Source of the DNA: Octopus sinensis
Taxonomy: Eukaryota
Length of the DNA: 42,996 nt
Assembly (NCBI RefSeq): GCF_006345805.1
Contig: NW_021835071.1
Span: 1-42,996, forward strand
Direction of reading: 5' to 3'
Shown: positions 27,226 to 39,659 of the stretch, in pieces
Numbering within the stretch: the stretch's first letter is position 1
Layout: each line of letters opens with the position of its first letter
Notes under the pieces: generated by a model
What the model saw: only the letters and a program-made list of their open reading frames with translations
Told to the model about the DNA's origin: nothing
The model's database searches: none
Program-made: the position numbers and the translations under genes

Positions 27226-27618
27226 AATCTCACGCCTACATTTGGCCTTCTAAACTAGCCACTGCAAGAGCTCAACGACATAGACATATAAATTCTCAAC
27301 TGTCCAGTGTAACTGGAAATTTCATTATCACTATAGGCTATACTTCCTACGTAAGGATGGCATCCGAAGCACGTATTGTGACCCCACTGAAGCAAATTTT
27401 GTAGCTGAGGAAAGAGACCAGTAGCTATCTTGCCCAAGTTTGCGAACACGAAAACAATAACATCATTGGGATAGCAAATGAACTTGTGGAGAGGCATGAA
27501 AATAGGTGCTGATGCAGACCGCTTCCTAAAGAACATCGGTAAATTCTATTTGTCAGGGAAACAACAAAAAACGGACAATTTCATTGAGAAGGTAGCGCAA
27601 GTGCATGGGTACTTCGTT

Positions 27619-27914
27619 CCTTCTCGAGCCACGCCTGGGTCATAAGGGCCGATTTCTCGGTTTCCTTGGCGTATAGGTTCCCCACCTGGACGGGACGCCA
27701 GTCCGTCGCAGGTGAGCTGCAAGATGCAGGAGGAAAGAGTGATAGAAAGTTGTGGCGAAAGAGTTAGCAGAAGTTTCGCCATTACCTTCTGCCGGAGCCG
27801 CGTGGAACTTAGGTGTTTTCGCTCATAAACACACGCATCGCCCGGTCTGAGATTCGAACCCGCGATCCCTCGACCGCGAATCCGCTGCTCTAACCACTGG
27901 GCCACGTGCCTCCA
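27619..27914 (-). mobile_element. Full-length family A SINE, 3' variant 2, 15-bp TSD
   Basis: A-box TGGCCCAGTGG, B-box GGTTCGAATCTC. TSD CATGGGTACTTCGTT at 27604-27618 and 27915-27929. Closely similar to 42530-42844. Confidence 0.92.
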
Positions 27915-28139
27915 CATGGGTACTTCGTTGGAAAGACGCAAGCTACAGAAAGAATAAAGCATACCAAAAGCTTACCATGGAATACCGATAAGTTTCTGGT
28001 ATACCACAATGAAGGTTGCTTCCAAACAATTCAAGAACAAGGGATTTTATTATACACCTGCAGAATAAAGAGCAGAAAGCATTGATGAACAACAAATGTA
28101 GGGGTCTATAAAATTAAAACCGAAGACACCAACCACATT

Positions 28140-29606
<1,467 letters not shown>

Positions 29607-29784
29607 TAGTTATATATACATATGTATATATGTATATATATAGATACAGGGTGCGATGGCTAAATTGTCTCTATTTTATATTTTTAATTTAGTGCAAATG
29701 CATTGTTTGTTTTGTTTTTACTTTGTCATTTACATAGTATAGTAGGGTCTGTTGGGCACCACCTGTGAGAAAAACAGCACCATC

Positions 29785-31269
29785 ATGTAATTCCATCTGC
29801 CAGAAATTTGGAAACGACACGCTGTGCTGCTTGGCATTTGTGCCGGAAGCTCCAGTACGAACATTTCAAAGTGTTTGGGTGTGAATCTGAGGACAGTGCA
29901 GAGAATTCGGAAAGAGTTGGATGAGTCTAATGGTAATTACGAAGGTACGTCAGCTCAAAAAGCTTTCTCTAATCGTTCTGGTGGAAAAAGAACTCCTGAA
30001 TCTGTTGGTGAGATCCAGGCCATGATTGAGAACAATCCCTCCGATTCAATCAAGTTCATCGCCAGGGACATGGGAATGTTGGATTTTTACATCAAGCAGG
30101 TCATGCATGAAGACATTCGGTATTCCCCATACAAGATGAAAAAGGGTAAATTTTTATCCCAAGCCATCAAGGACAAGAGGAAAGACCGCACTACGAAGCT
30201 TTTGAACAAAGTCAAGCATCCCTTTCAACTGAACATGCTTTGGTTTTTCTGAGACGAGAAAATTTTCTGCCAGGATCAGATGATGAGCACACAGAACAAT
30301 CGATGGCTTGCCGTGTCCCCAAATCATGTACCGAGAGTGATAAAAATCAAACATCCGGTCAACATCATGGTGTTTTGAGTGGTCACTAGTGATGGCAACG
30401 TTATACCTCCATTCATCTTCCCACACGACCTCAGAATCAACACGGAGGCTAACATCAAGTGCCTGGAGAAGGTAGTGTTGCCCTGGGCCCAAGTGGGTGG
30501 CTGCTGAAAGATCCTATATCTGGCAACTGGATTTTGCACCATGCAGCACAAGGAGGAGAACCCAGTCGTGGCTGTCAGACAATTTCTACGACCACATCAC
30601 CCCCTAACATCTGACCGCCTAACGGATCTCTTCGGTTTGAACGGCAGTTTTTAAAAATAATTTCCACGTAACTAAACACTTTTAAACTTCGTATACTGGT
30701 AAAATGTGTTTATAAAACATCTTTTTCTCTTGGCTTTATTGAGAAAATTCTATAGTTTGTAAGATATTTGTTTGTTTTTTTTCTTCAATTTCTGAAATTT
30801 CAACCAATCAATGACGTCTACTGAGGTAAAAAAAAACATTCTGTGCCGTATGAATATGTCCCTCATTTAAGAAACAGATTGGGTTTATTTACATTTCTAA
30901 AGAAAAAAAGATACCCTTCCCCCAACCCCTAACCCTAATCCTAACCCTAAAACAGATTGAAATGCAATAGATCGATACTAGGGTCATAATTATGGGTGAC
31001 AATTTCATATGACACCGCTAGAAAAAAATGCCGGTCAAACCGAAAAGATCCTGCCTAACTCCTCAGATTGCATCGCCCTTGATTATTATGTGTGGGGTGC
31101 AGTTGAGCGAGAGACCAACAAACTCCCTTCTAACACCAAAGATAAACTGAAGGCAATGATTATGACAGCATTCACCAACTTAAACAAGGAAACCGTCCAG
31201 AAGAGTTGCAGGAGATCCCGAAGTCGTCTACAGACTGTGGTTGAAGCGAATGGCGATTTTATTGAATAG
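29785..31269 (+). pseudogene. DD37D transposase pseudogene (several stops, two frameshifts, MITE insertion)
   Basis: HTH-like CLGVNLRTVQRIRKEL; WFF*DEK (first D); WQLDFAP (second D); NSSDCIALDYYVWG (third D), with 37 residues between D2 and D3 after repairing a +1 frameshift and removing 30624-31059; C-terminus RLQTVVEANGDFIE*. Confidence 0.92.
30624..31051. mobile_element. MITE copy 2 (GGATC TIRs) inserted in the transposase, 8-bp TSD
   Basis: Same TIRs and body as copy 1. TSD CGCCTAAC (30616-30623) / TGCCTAAC (31052-31059). TIRs starting with GG plus an 8-bp TSD fit Merlin; hAT and P also make 8-bp TSDs. Confidence 0.92.
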
Positions 31270-31445
31270 ATTTACTCTTTAGTATTTCAAGATATTTTCA
31301 TGCAATTTTAGTAAATAAATCTATTAAAATGAGGCGTCGGTGTTACTTTCTTCTTTGCGTAATTTAGACGAAAGTTTATTCACTGCTTCCTATACGCGCA
31401 CACACACACACGCACGCACACAGGCACACACACATACACACACAC

Positions 31446-31492
<47 letters not shown>

Positions 31493-31659
31493 AATATTAT
31501 ATATATATATATATTATATATATATATATATATATAAATATTTATGTATTTATATCTGTATATATATGTGTGTGTTTATATACACGTAGGTATATATATA
31601 TACATATTTATATAATATATATATATATATGCATATATATATGTGTGAGTGTGTGTGTG

Positions 31660-32348
31660 TGTGTTTGGATAATATTTCTTATGTAAAAGTTGTGCAAATT
31701 CTTTGCACGGGAAACCTGCCCCGTGTGGCGTGTTTCCCCATTTTGTAAAATTTGCTTTCGGCTTTCCAAGCCAAAGTCGTCGTCGTTCTAAAAGAACGCT
31801 GGTCTCCTTGACAACGCTTACGACTTTGATATCCCTACCCTGCCTTCCCCACAGCTTCATGAAGGAGGGAAGAAGGGAGGATCAACACAGGTGCAGGTAT
31901 GAGCAGTGGACGCCAACACCACCACCACCACCACCATACTATACCTCTGCTCTCTCCTTTTGGCTACTAAATCTATTACCATATTTCACAAGTACCATCG
32001 CCATACAATATTGCCTTCAACAGTTGTGTATTGTATTATATTTTCTATGTAAAAGTTGTGCAACAACTAATACATTCGGTTGTGCAAATTCTTTGCACGG
32101 GAATCCTGCCCCGTCTGGCGTGTTTCCCGATTTCTTAAATTTGCTTTCGGCTTTCTTAGCCATTTCTGTTTTGGTGTCTTCAAGCCATGAAGTCGTCGTT
32201 GGAAAGGACGTCGGTCTCCTTGACAACGCTTACGACGTTGATTTCCTTACCCTGCCTTCACCACAGCTTCATGAAGGGGGGAAAGAAGGGGAGGAGCAAG
32301 ACAGGTGCAGGTGTGAGCATTGGACGCCAACTCCGCCACCGACACACA
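31660..32348 (+). repeat. Two tandem copies of an unclassified unit of about 300 bp (Y1 31660-31921, Y2 32038-32348)
   Basis: Shared atgtaaaagttgtgcaa...ggtctccttgacaacgcttacgac...cacagcttcatgaagg...caggtgcagg...ggacgccaac. Y1 has internal deletions. Confidence 0.9.
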
Positions 32349-32361
32349 CAATATATATATA

Positions 32362-32511
32362 TCTGTAAAATAATATGTGACAATTATTCGGTAGCCAAGA
32401 TAAAACTCAGAGTTTTATCATGGCTACCGAATAATTGTCACATATAAATTTCCTCTATTTACATAATATTGAGGTCTCTTTATTTCTTTTGCTATCTTAC
32501 CGTTTTTACCA
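32362..32511. mobile_element. Probable palindromic MITE remnant containing a 73-bp hairpin (32373-32445)
   Basis: ATATGTGACAATTATTCGGTAGCCA-A-GATAAAACTC-A-GAGTTTTATC-A-TGGCTACCGAATAATTGTCACATAT; sits between (TA)n runs. The MITE interpretation is inference. Confidence 0.55.
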
Positions 32512-32524
32512 ATATATATATATA

Positions 32525-32922
32525 TCTTTATATATAAAAGAGAAGTTGTGTGTCTGTCTCCTCCGATTTAGATTCCTAACTACTCCCACATTTTGCGGTG
32601 CAGTGTAACCAAAACCGGGTATCTTATAGTCGTGATTCATATCGAGCCCTTCTGGGTATTAGCGCGCGTCTACGATGAGTCTACGATTTAAAAAAAAATT
32701 TACCATAATTTTTTTTCCATTTTGATGCATTTTTTCGCTATTATATAAGGGAAGTAACTCTCTAAAAATGTCTACGATGAGTCAACGATTTTTTAAAAAT
32801 TTACCATCACTTTTTTTTCCATTTTTAATGCATTTTTTGCTATTTTTTGGCTATAACTCTCTAAAAATGCTTATATAGTTATTTCCCTTACAAATCCGAG
32901 CAACGCCGGGCGATACTGCTAG
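32525..32922 (+). mobile_element. Non-autonomous Helitron
   Basis: A|TCTTTATATATAAAAG 5' end; subterminal hairpin TCCGA-GCAACG-CCGGG (32895-32910); CTAG|T 3' end; no TSD; internal tandem duplication of about 100 bp. Confidence 0.85.
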
Positions 32923-32924
32923 TA

Positions 32925-32994
32925 TCTCTTATTATAAAGGCTTCGGTTCAAAACAGGAGCCCATCAACAGTCATGGGTTCGATAGTGCAGCTAG
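32925..32994 (+). mobile_element. Putative 70-bp mini-Helitron
   Basis: A|TCTCTTATTATAAAGG start; hairpin GAGCCCAT-caacagtc-ATGGGTTC (32957-32980); 10-nt spacer; CTAG|T end. Confidence 0.5.
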
Positions 32995-33059
32995 TTCAGG
33001 GACTGTCATTGCCATGACCTGGTTTTATGTCAAGTTTTGTCACTCCTAGAAGAGTTGCC

Positions 33060-33560
33060 TTCACCACTTGGTGGTAGTGTTGGTGATAGTGTTGGTGTCA
33101 CTTGTAGCGTTGTTGTTGGCAGTTATGGGAGACGGCAAAACGGCGATATCGTTGTTGTTGTTGGTGGTCGTGGTGGTCGTGGTCGTGGTCGTGGCGGTGG
33201 TGGTAGTGGTGGTGGTCGTGGTGCTGGTCGTGGTGCTGGTGATGGTGGTGGTGCTGGTGCTGGTGCTGGTGCTGGTGGTGCTGGTGGTGGTCGTCGTCGT
33301 CGTCGTGATGGTGGTTCTGGTGATGGTGGTGGTCGCGGTAGTGGTAGTCGTGGCTGTGGTGGTGGTGTTGGTGGTGGTGGTGGTGGTCGTCGTCGTCGTC
33401 GTCGTCGTCGTCGCTGTGTTGGTGGTGGTGGTGGTAGTGGTGGTGGTGGTGATGGTGGTCGTGGTGGTCGTGGTGGTCGTGGTGATCGTCGTCGTCGTCG
33501 TGGTGTTGGTGGTAGTGTTGGTGGTGTTTGTGTCAGAGTTGGCCGTAGTCGTAGTCTTTG
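33060..33560. repeat. (GGT/CGT/GCT)n array preceded by unique block X (33070-33162)
   Basis: Block X (gtgttggtgtcacttgtag...ggcagttatgggagacggcaaaacg(g/a)cgatatcgttgttg) recurs at 33991-34090. Confidence 0.85.
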
Positions 33561-33598
33561 ACTGTGAAGCTGTCGTCTGGTTTCTTCCAATTCTTCTT

Positions 33599-33925
33599 TG
33601 TGTCGGTGGCGGAGTTGGCGTCCAAGGCTCACACCTGCACCTGTCTTGCTCCTCTCCCCCTTCCCTCCTTCATGAAGCTGTGGGGAAGGCAGGGTAAGGA
33701 AATCAACGTCGTAAGCGTTGTCAAGGAGACCAGCCTTCTTTTCGACGACGACTTCATGGCTTTGAAGACTCCAAAACAGAAATGGCCAAGAAAGCCGAAA
33801 GCAGATTCTACAAAATGGGGAAACACACCACACAGGGTAGGTTTCCCGTGCAAAGGATTCGCACAACCGAATGTTTTAATTGTTGCACAACTTTTACATA
33901 GAAAATATTATCCAAACACAAACTT
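33599..33925 (-). repeat. Third, inverted copy of the Y unit (Y3)
   Basis: Reverse complement aligns along its length with 32038-32348. Confidence 0.9.
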
Positions 33926-33990
33926 TTGAAGTTTAGTATTGTGTTTTTTTTTTTTGTTTTAACGCTTGTGCAAAATATTGGATTTGTTTT

Positions 33991-34088
33991 TGGTGGTAGT
34001 GTTGGTGTCACTTGTAGTAGTTGAGGTTGTAGTAGCGGTGTTGTTGTTGGCAGTTATGGGAGACGGCAAAACGACGATATCGTTGTTG

Positions 34089-34120
<32 letters not shown>

Positions 34121-34500
34121 GGTGGTGGTGGTGGTGGTGGTGGTGGTGGTGGTGGTGGTGGTGGCGGCGGCGGTAGCGGTGGCGGTGGCGGTGGCGGCGG
34201 CGGCGCTGGCGGTAGCGGCGGCGGCGCTGGCGGTGGCGGCGGCGCTGGCGGTGGCGGCGGCGCTGGCGGTGGCGGCGGCGCTGGCGGTGGCGGCGGCGCT
34301 GGCGGTGGCGGCGGCGCTGGCGGCGGCGGCGGCGGCGGCGGCGCGCGGCGGCGGCGGCGGCGGCGGTGGAGGCGGCGGCGGCGGCGGCGGCGGCGCGGCG
34401 GCGGTCGTGGTCGTGGTCTTGGTCGTCGTCGTCGTCATGGTGATGGTGGTAGTCGTCGTCGTGGTGATGGTGGTAGTCATGGTGGTGGTGGTGGTGGTGG
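33991..34500. repeat. Block X copy followed by (GTT)n(GGT)n and a (GGC)n array with an 18-bp higher-order unit
   Basis: GGCGGTGGCGGCGGCGCT repeated about five times within 34200-34320. Confidence 0.9.
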
Positions 34501-34907
34501 TGACAGGGCTGTTAACGAAAGTAGTTGCAGCGTTCCCTTCCACGTCACTCAGGTTTTGTCTTTGATTTCTTACTTGCCATGTCTGTTCTATTAGAATGTG
34601 TGCGCGTGCAGGAGTTCTTTTTTTTTTTTTCTCCTAGCGTTTCAAGGCTAGGGAAATACTGGTCCATGAAGGAATTTGACCAGCGTTCGATAATAAAATT
34701 CCTCGACATTTTTAATGTCGAGAAGAAAAATATACAATTTAATTAGGGTTGAAACTGCCTCTAGGGGCCAATTCCTCCCTTGGAAAAGCACTCAAACGAA
34801 AGTTGGGTGCTTTACACACCTTATTTACAAAAATGTACACAAAATGAGAGCTATAAACGGTCAAAATAAACGATTACCTTCGGAGCCGATGTGACAACAC
34901 GTCAGTC

Positions 34908-34953
<46 letters not shown>

Positions 34954-34960
34954 CTACGGT

Positions 34961-35350
34961 CATGCTGGAGCACTGCCTTGATTTCTTTAGTCGAATGAAT
35001 GGACTCCAGTACTTCTTTTTTTTCTTGAGAAATAGTACTTATTCTATCGGTCTCTTTTTCCGAACCGCTAAGTTACAGGGACCCAAACACTCCAACACCG
35101 GTTGTCAAGAGGTGGTAGTGGTGGTGGGACAAATACAGAAACAAAGGTACATGCATATATATGTGGGTGTGGGTGTGTGGGTGTGTGTGGGGCGTGTGTG
35201 TGTGTGTGTGTGTGTGTGTATGACCGGCTTCTTTCAATTTCCATCTGCTAAATCCACTCATGGTCGGCCGGGGCTAAAGTAGAAGACACTTGCCCAAGGT
35301 GCTACGCAATGGAACTGAACCCGGAACCATGTGGTTGAGAAGTAATCTTC
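34961..35350 (-). mobile_element. Family B SINE, diverged
   Basis: Reverse complement of the family B body and head (gaacccggaaccatgtggtt). Confidence 0.8.
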
Positions 35351-35539
35351 TTTATTTCATTATATTGGCCATAAAGGCCTTACATAGAGAAAGGAAGCTG
35401 CGGGTTGGACACAGATATAATGTTATATGAAATGAAAAATGAAAATGTTGATTAATGGGGGGATAAGCGACGTCCGACGATCGTTCTTTCCCGAGAACAT
35501 TGATCCCTTATATTATTCATGGGGCAACAAACCTCTTAC

Positions 35540-35944
35540 ATTACTCTTTACTCTTTTACTCTTTTACTTGTTTCAGTCATTTGACTGCGGCCATGCTGGA
35601 GCACCGCCTTTAGTCGAGCAACTCGACCCCGGGACTTATTCTTTGTAAGCCCAGTACTTATTCTATCGGTCTCTTTTACCGAACCGCTAAGTGACGGGGA
35701 CGTAAACACACCAGCATCGGTTGTCAAGCAATGCTAGGGGGACAAACACAGACACACAAACACACACACACATATATATATACATATATACGACAGGCTT
35801 CTTTCAGTTTCGGTCTACCAAATCCACTCACAAGGCATTGGTCGGCCCGGGGCTATAGCAGAAGACACTTGCCCAAGATGCCACGCAGTGGGACTGAACC
35901 CGGAACCATGTGGTTGGTTAGCAAGCTACTTACCACACAGCCAC
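35540..35944 (-). mobile_element. Full-length young family B SINE
   Basis: Closely matches the reverse complement of 7437-7833, including the (GAGTAAAA)n tail. Confidence 0.9.
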
Positions 35945-36318
35945 AATATTCAATAACAAAATGAGGCACTAAGCCTCTTACCTTTTTTTCCAAACTAGGA
36001 ACTTTCAATAACACTGAGGATTTTCAACCTCTTATCCATATTCCTCCCCAACATCGCTTGTGACCCCATCCTCCGCCATCACCCATACCTCATTCAAGCA
36101 CAAGGTGGATGCCGTGTCGGCGTCGCCCGGCCACAAGCGATATTCCTCGTTAAGTCCCCCCAGCCTACGCAACACGGGCAACGTTATGACCTCCACAGCT
36201 ATCTGCAGAGGCCATTCGGGATATATATGCGCGCACACACAGACACGCACGCACGCACAGACACACACGCACACTCACTCACATACGCGCGCGCGCACAT
36301 ATATATATTCATGTTGAT

Positions 36319-36538
36319 GCGTGTGTGTTTCTATTTGCTCCCCACTACCGCTTGGTAACCAGTATTGCTTTGTTTACATCCCCGTAACGTTGCAGGTTTG
36401 ATAAAGGAGAAGGAGAGAGAACAAGTACAAGACTTTTAAAACTAAAACAAGAACTTGGGTTCGATTCGGTCGGCAAACCTTTTCAAGGCGGTGCTGCAGC
36501 ATGGCCGCAATCCAATGACTGAGACAGACGAAAGAAGG
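36319..36538 (+). mobile_element. Family B SINE 3' half, diverged
   Basis: gtttacatccccgtaac...caaggcggtgctgcagcatggccgcaatccaatgactga. Confidence 0.7.
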
Positions 36539-36949
36539 CAATCTCTTAAATGTTGTTCTCTTTTACTTCTACTTGGCTATTTTCTTCTTCATTACTTTCG
36601 CTTTCATTCCTTTCAGCAAATTTCTCCGTCTTTAATTTTCCTTCAATTTTCTCTCCAGTTTTTCTTGAAGTTTTCTTCGTCTTTCTTTAATTATTCGATT
36701 CTTCTTGAATTCTGCTTCTTCAATTATTGTCCCACCCACCCATCCACCCACCCATTTCTTCGATATTCCATTTTCGTTCAAACTTTGTATCCTAAAAACC
36801 AAAAATATTCCTCAAATTCTTCTTCAAGTCTTCTTTCCTTAAATTTCTTCCTAAAATCAATGGTTCCATTTCTGCTGCATTTTTTCTTCTTCAATTCCTT
36901 CTTCCTATCTACCTCTTTATTTTTTATATATTATTTTAATTTGTATGTG

Positions 36950-37251
36950 TGTATATATGCAGTTTTGTTGTTGTTATTATCGTTTCTGTTGTTGTTGTTG
37001 TTGTTGTTGTTGTTTTTGTTGTTGCACTTATTGTTCTTGCTGTTGATAATTCCTTCCGAATCTTTATTCATTTCTTTATTTATATTTTATTTATTTTACT
37101 ATTATTGTTGTTATTGACTTTGTTACTTTGACTTTGTTGTTGTTGTTGTTATTATTATCATTACTACTACTACTACTACTACTACATATTATTATTACCA
37201 TCATTATTGCGTATTATCATTAGCATCGTTGTTATTATCATTATTACTATG

Positions 37252-37294
<43 letters not shown>

Positions 37295-37486
37295 GTATGT
37301 TTTTAATCTTATCATTATTATTACTATTGTTATTGTTGTTGTTGCTATTATTATTATTATTATTACCATCATTACTACTACGTATTATTATCATCATTAT
37401 TACGTATTATTATCATTACCATCATCACCATCATCATCATCATCTCATCATCATCATTATTATTATTATCATTATTATTATTATTA

Positions 37487-37535
<49 letters not shown>

Positions 37536-37556
37536 TATTATCATTATTATCATTAA

Positions 37557-37619
<63 letters not shown>

Positions 37620-37640
37620 TATTATCATTATTATCATTAA

Positions 37641-37681
<41 letters not shown>

Positions 37682-37885
37682 TATTATTACTATTATTATC
37701 ATTATTATCATTAATTATTATTAATTATTAGATTATTATTATTATTATTATATTATTATTATTATTATCATTATTATCATTAATATATTATTATTATTAT
37801 TATATTATTATTATTATTATTTTATTATTATTATTATTATATTATTACTATTATTATCATTATATCATTAATATTATTATTATTA

Positions 37886-37936
<51 letters not shown>

Positions 37937-37956
37937 TATTTCATTATTATCATTAA

Positions 37957-37987
<31 letters not shown>

Positions 37988-38506
37988 GCTATAGCAGGGG
38001 GTACTTTTTATTGCATTTCCCCGTATTCGCCATATTACGTTTTTGTTTTGTTTTGTTTTGTTTTTTTTCTTTCCTTTCATTTACCAAATTTTAACCCTGT
38101 ATTTTAAACATACATTGTATTTTCATTTCCAAACTCTGTTTGTTGTTTCCTGACAAATGACAAAAGGGGCCCCGCGAAGTATTTGAAAAAGTAAAAAAAA
38201 AACAAAGGCAAAAGACAGAACAAAAGAATGACAAAAATGCATTCATAAAACAATAAAATATTGTCTAAAAACGTAACCAAATGAAGCAAAAATTCTATGC
38301 TAAAGAGAACATTTTACAAAAGAAACATGAATGAAAGTAGTTATTATTCTTTGTTTCAAAAATTTCTTCAAATTCTGATCATTTTTCCCCCGTGATCGTC
38401 TGCTCCCTCCAACACCTCTCTTCCTTTTCCCGTCTTCCAATGCAATTTTCACACTTTTAAACATAAGACAGACTCTGCTATTGTAATATTATTATTATCA
38501 TCATCG

Positions 38507-38556
<50 letters not shown>

Positions 38557-38576
38557 TCATCATCATCATCATCATC

Positions 38577-38611
<35 letters not shown>

Positions 38612-38626
38612 CGTTATCATCATCAT

Positions 38627-38669
<43 letters not shown>

Positions 38670-38812
38670 GTCATCATCATCATCATCATCATCATCATTA
38701 TTATTATTATTATTATCATTATTATTATTATTATTATTACTAGTATTATTATTATTATTGCTACTACTATGTCGACTACTATTATAATTATTTTTAATAC
38801 TACTACTACTAT

Positions 38813-38844
<32 letters not shown>

Positions 38845-38986
38845 ATTTTATTATTATCATCATTATTATTACTATTACATTTATATAAATATCGTTATGG
38901 TTTTTCTTATCATTGTCGTTCTTATAATTTTCATTGTTATCGTTATCATTAGTAGTAGTAGTAGTAGTAGTAGTGTCAGCAGCAGC

Positions 38987-39078
<92 letters not shown>

Positions 39079-39146
39079 CAGCAGTAGTAGTAGTAGTAGT
39101 AGTTGTTGTTGTAGTAGTAGTAGTAGTAGCAGCAGCAGCAGCAGAG

Positions 39147-39182
<36 letters not shown>

Positions 39183-39245
39183 TAGTAGTAGTAGTAGTAG
39201 TAGTAGTATCACCGTCGTCGTCGTCATTATCATCATCATCATTGT
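36950..39245. repeat. (GTT)n, very long (ATT)n mosaic, (CAT)n, (ACT)n and (AGT/AGC)n arrays
   Basis: Direct inspection; 38030-38480 is unique A/T-rich DNA. Confidence 0.9.
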
Positions 39246-39659
39246 TATTACTATTCTATGAGTTGCGGTTTTTTTTCTTGCATCATACGGTTTGTTCATT
39301 TATCGACAGAAAATTTTCAACAAAGCAATCTTTCCCCTAATTTTATTTTCGCTACCCACCTCCACTACCACCACTCAGCCGCCCATACTTAGAACTCCTC
39401 CACCAACCACAAACCAATCATACAGCAGTGTCACAAACCTCCAGCGCTACCAGCAGCAGTAGCAGCAGCAGCAGCAACAGCGGCACTGGTACGTTACAGT
39501 ACCACCAGCACAAAGCAGCAATCCCACTACAACCACCAACGGCCGTTTCAAACACCAATGGCATTATAACTATCAACAGCAACATCAAAATGCAACCACC
39601 TGCGTTCATATCGTCTCCCCGAATGTAGAAATGTAGTTCCGGTTACAATTAGCGACATC

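Larger units (their letters stand above)
29647..31392 (+). mobile_element. Tc1/mariner superfamily transposon, DD37D (maT-like), decayed
   Basis: TA|CAGGGTGCGATGGCTAAATTG left end; degenerate right TIR ending at 31392 followed by TA (about 18 of 28 matches); encloses a transposase pseudogene. Confidence 0.88.

Noticed and set aside
34638-34746. Strong acceptor plus MKEFDQRSIIKFL, resembling a mariner transposase N-terminus
   Set aside because: Similarity ends after about 13 residues; no TIR or downstream transposase motifs; no donor found.
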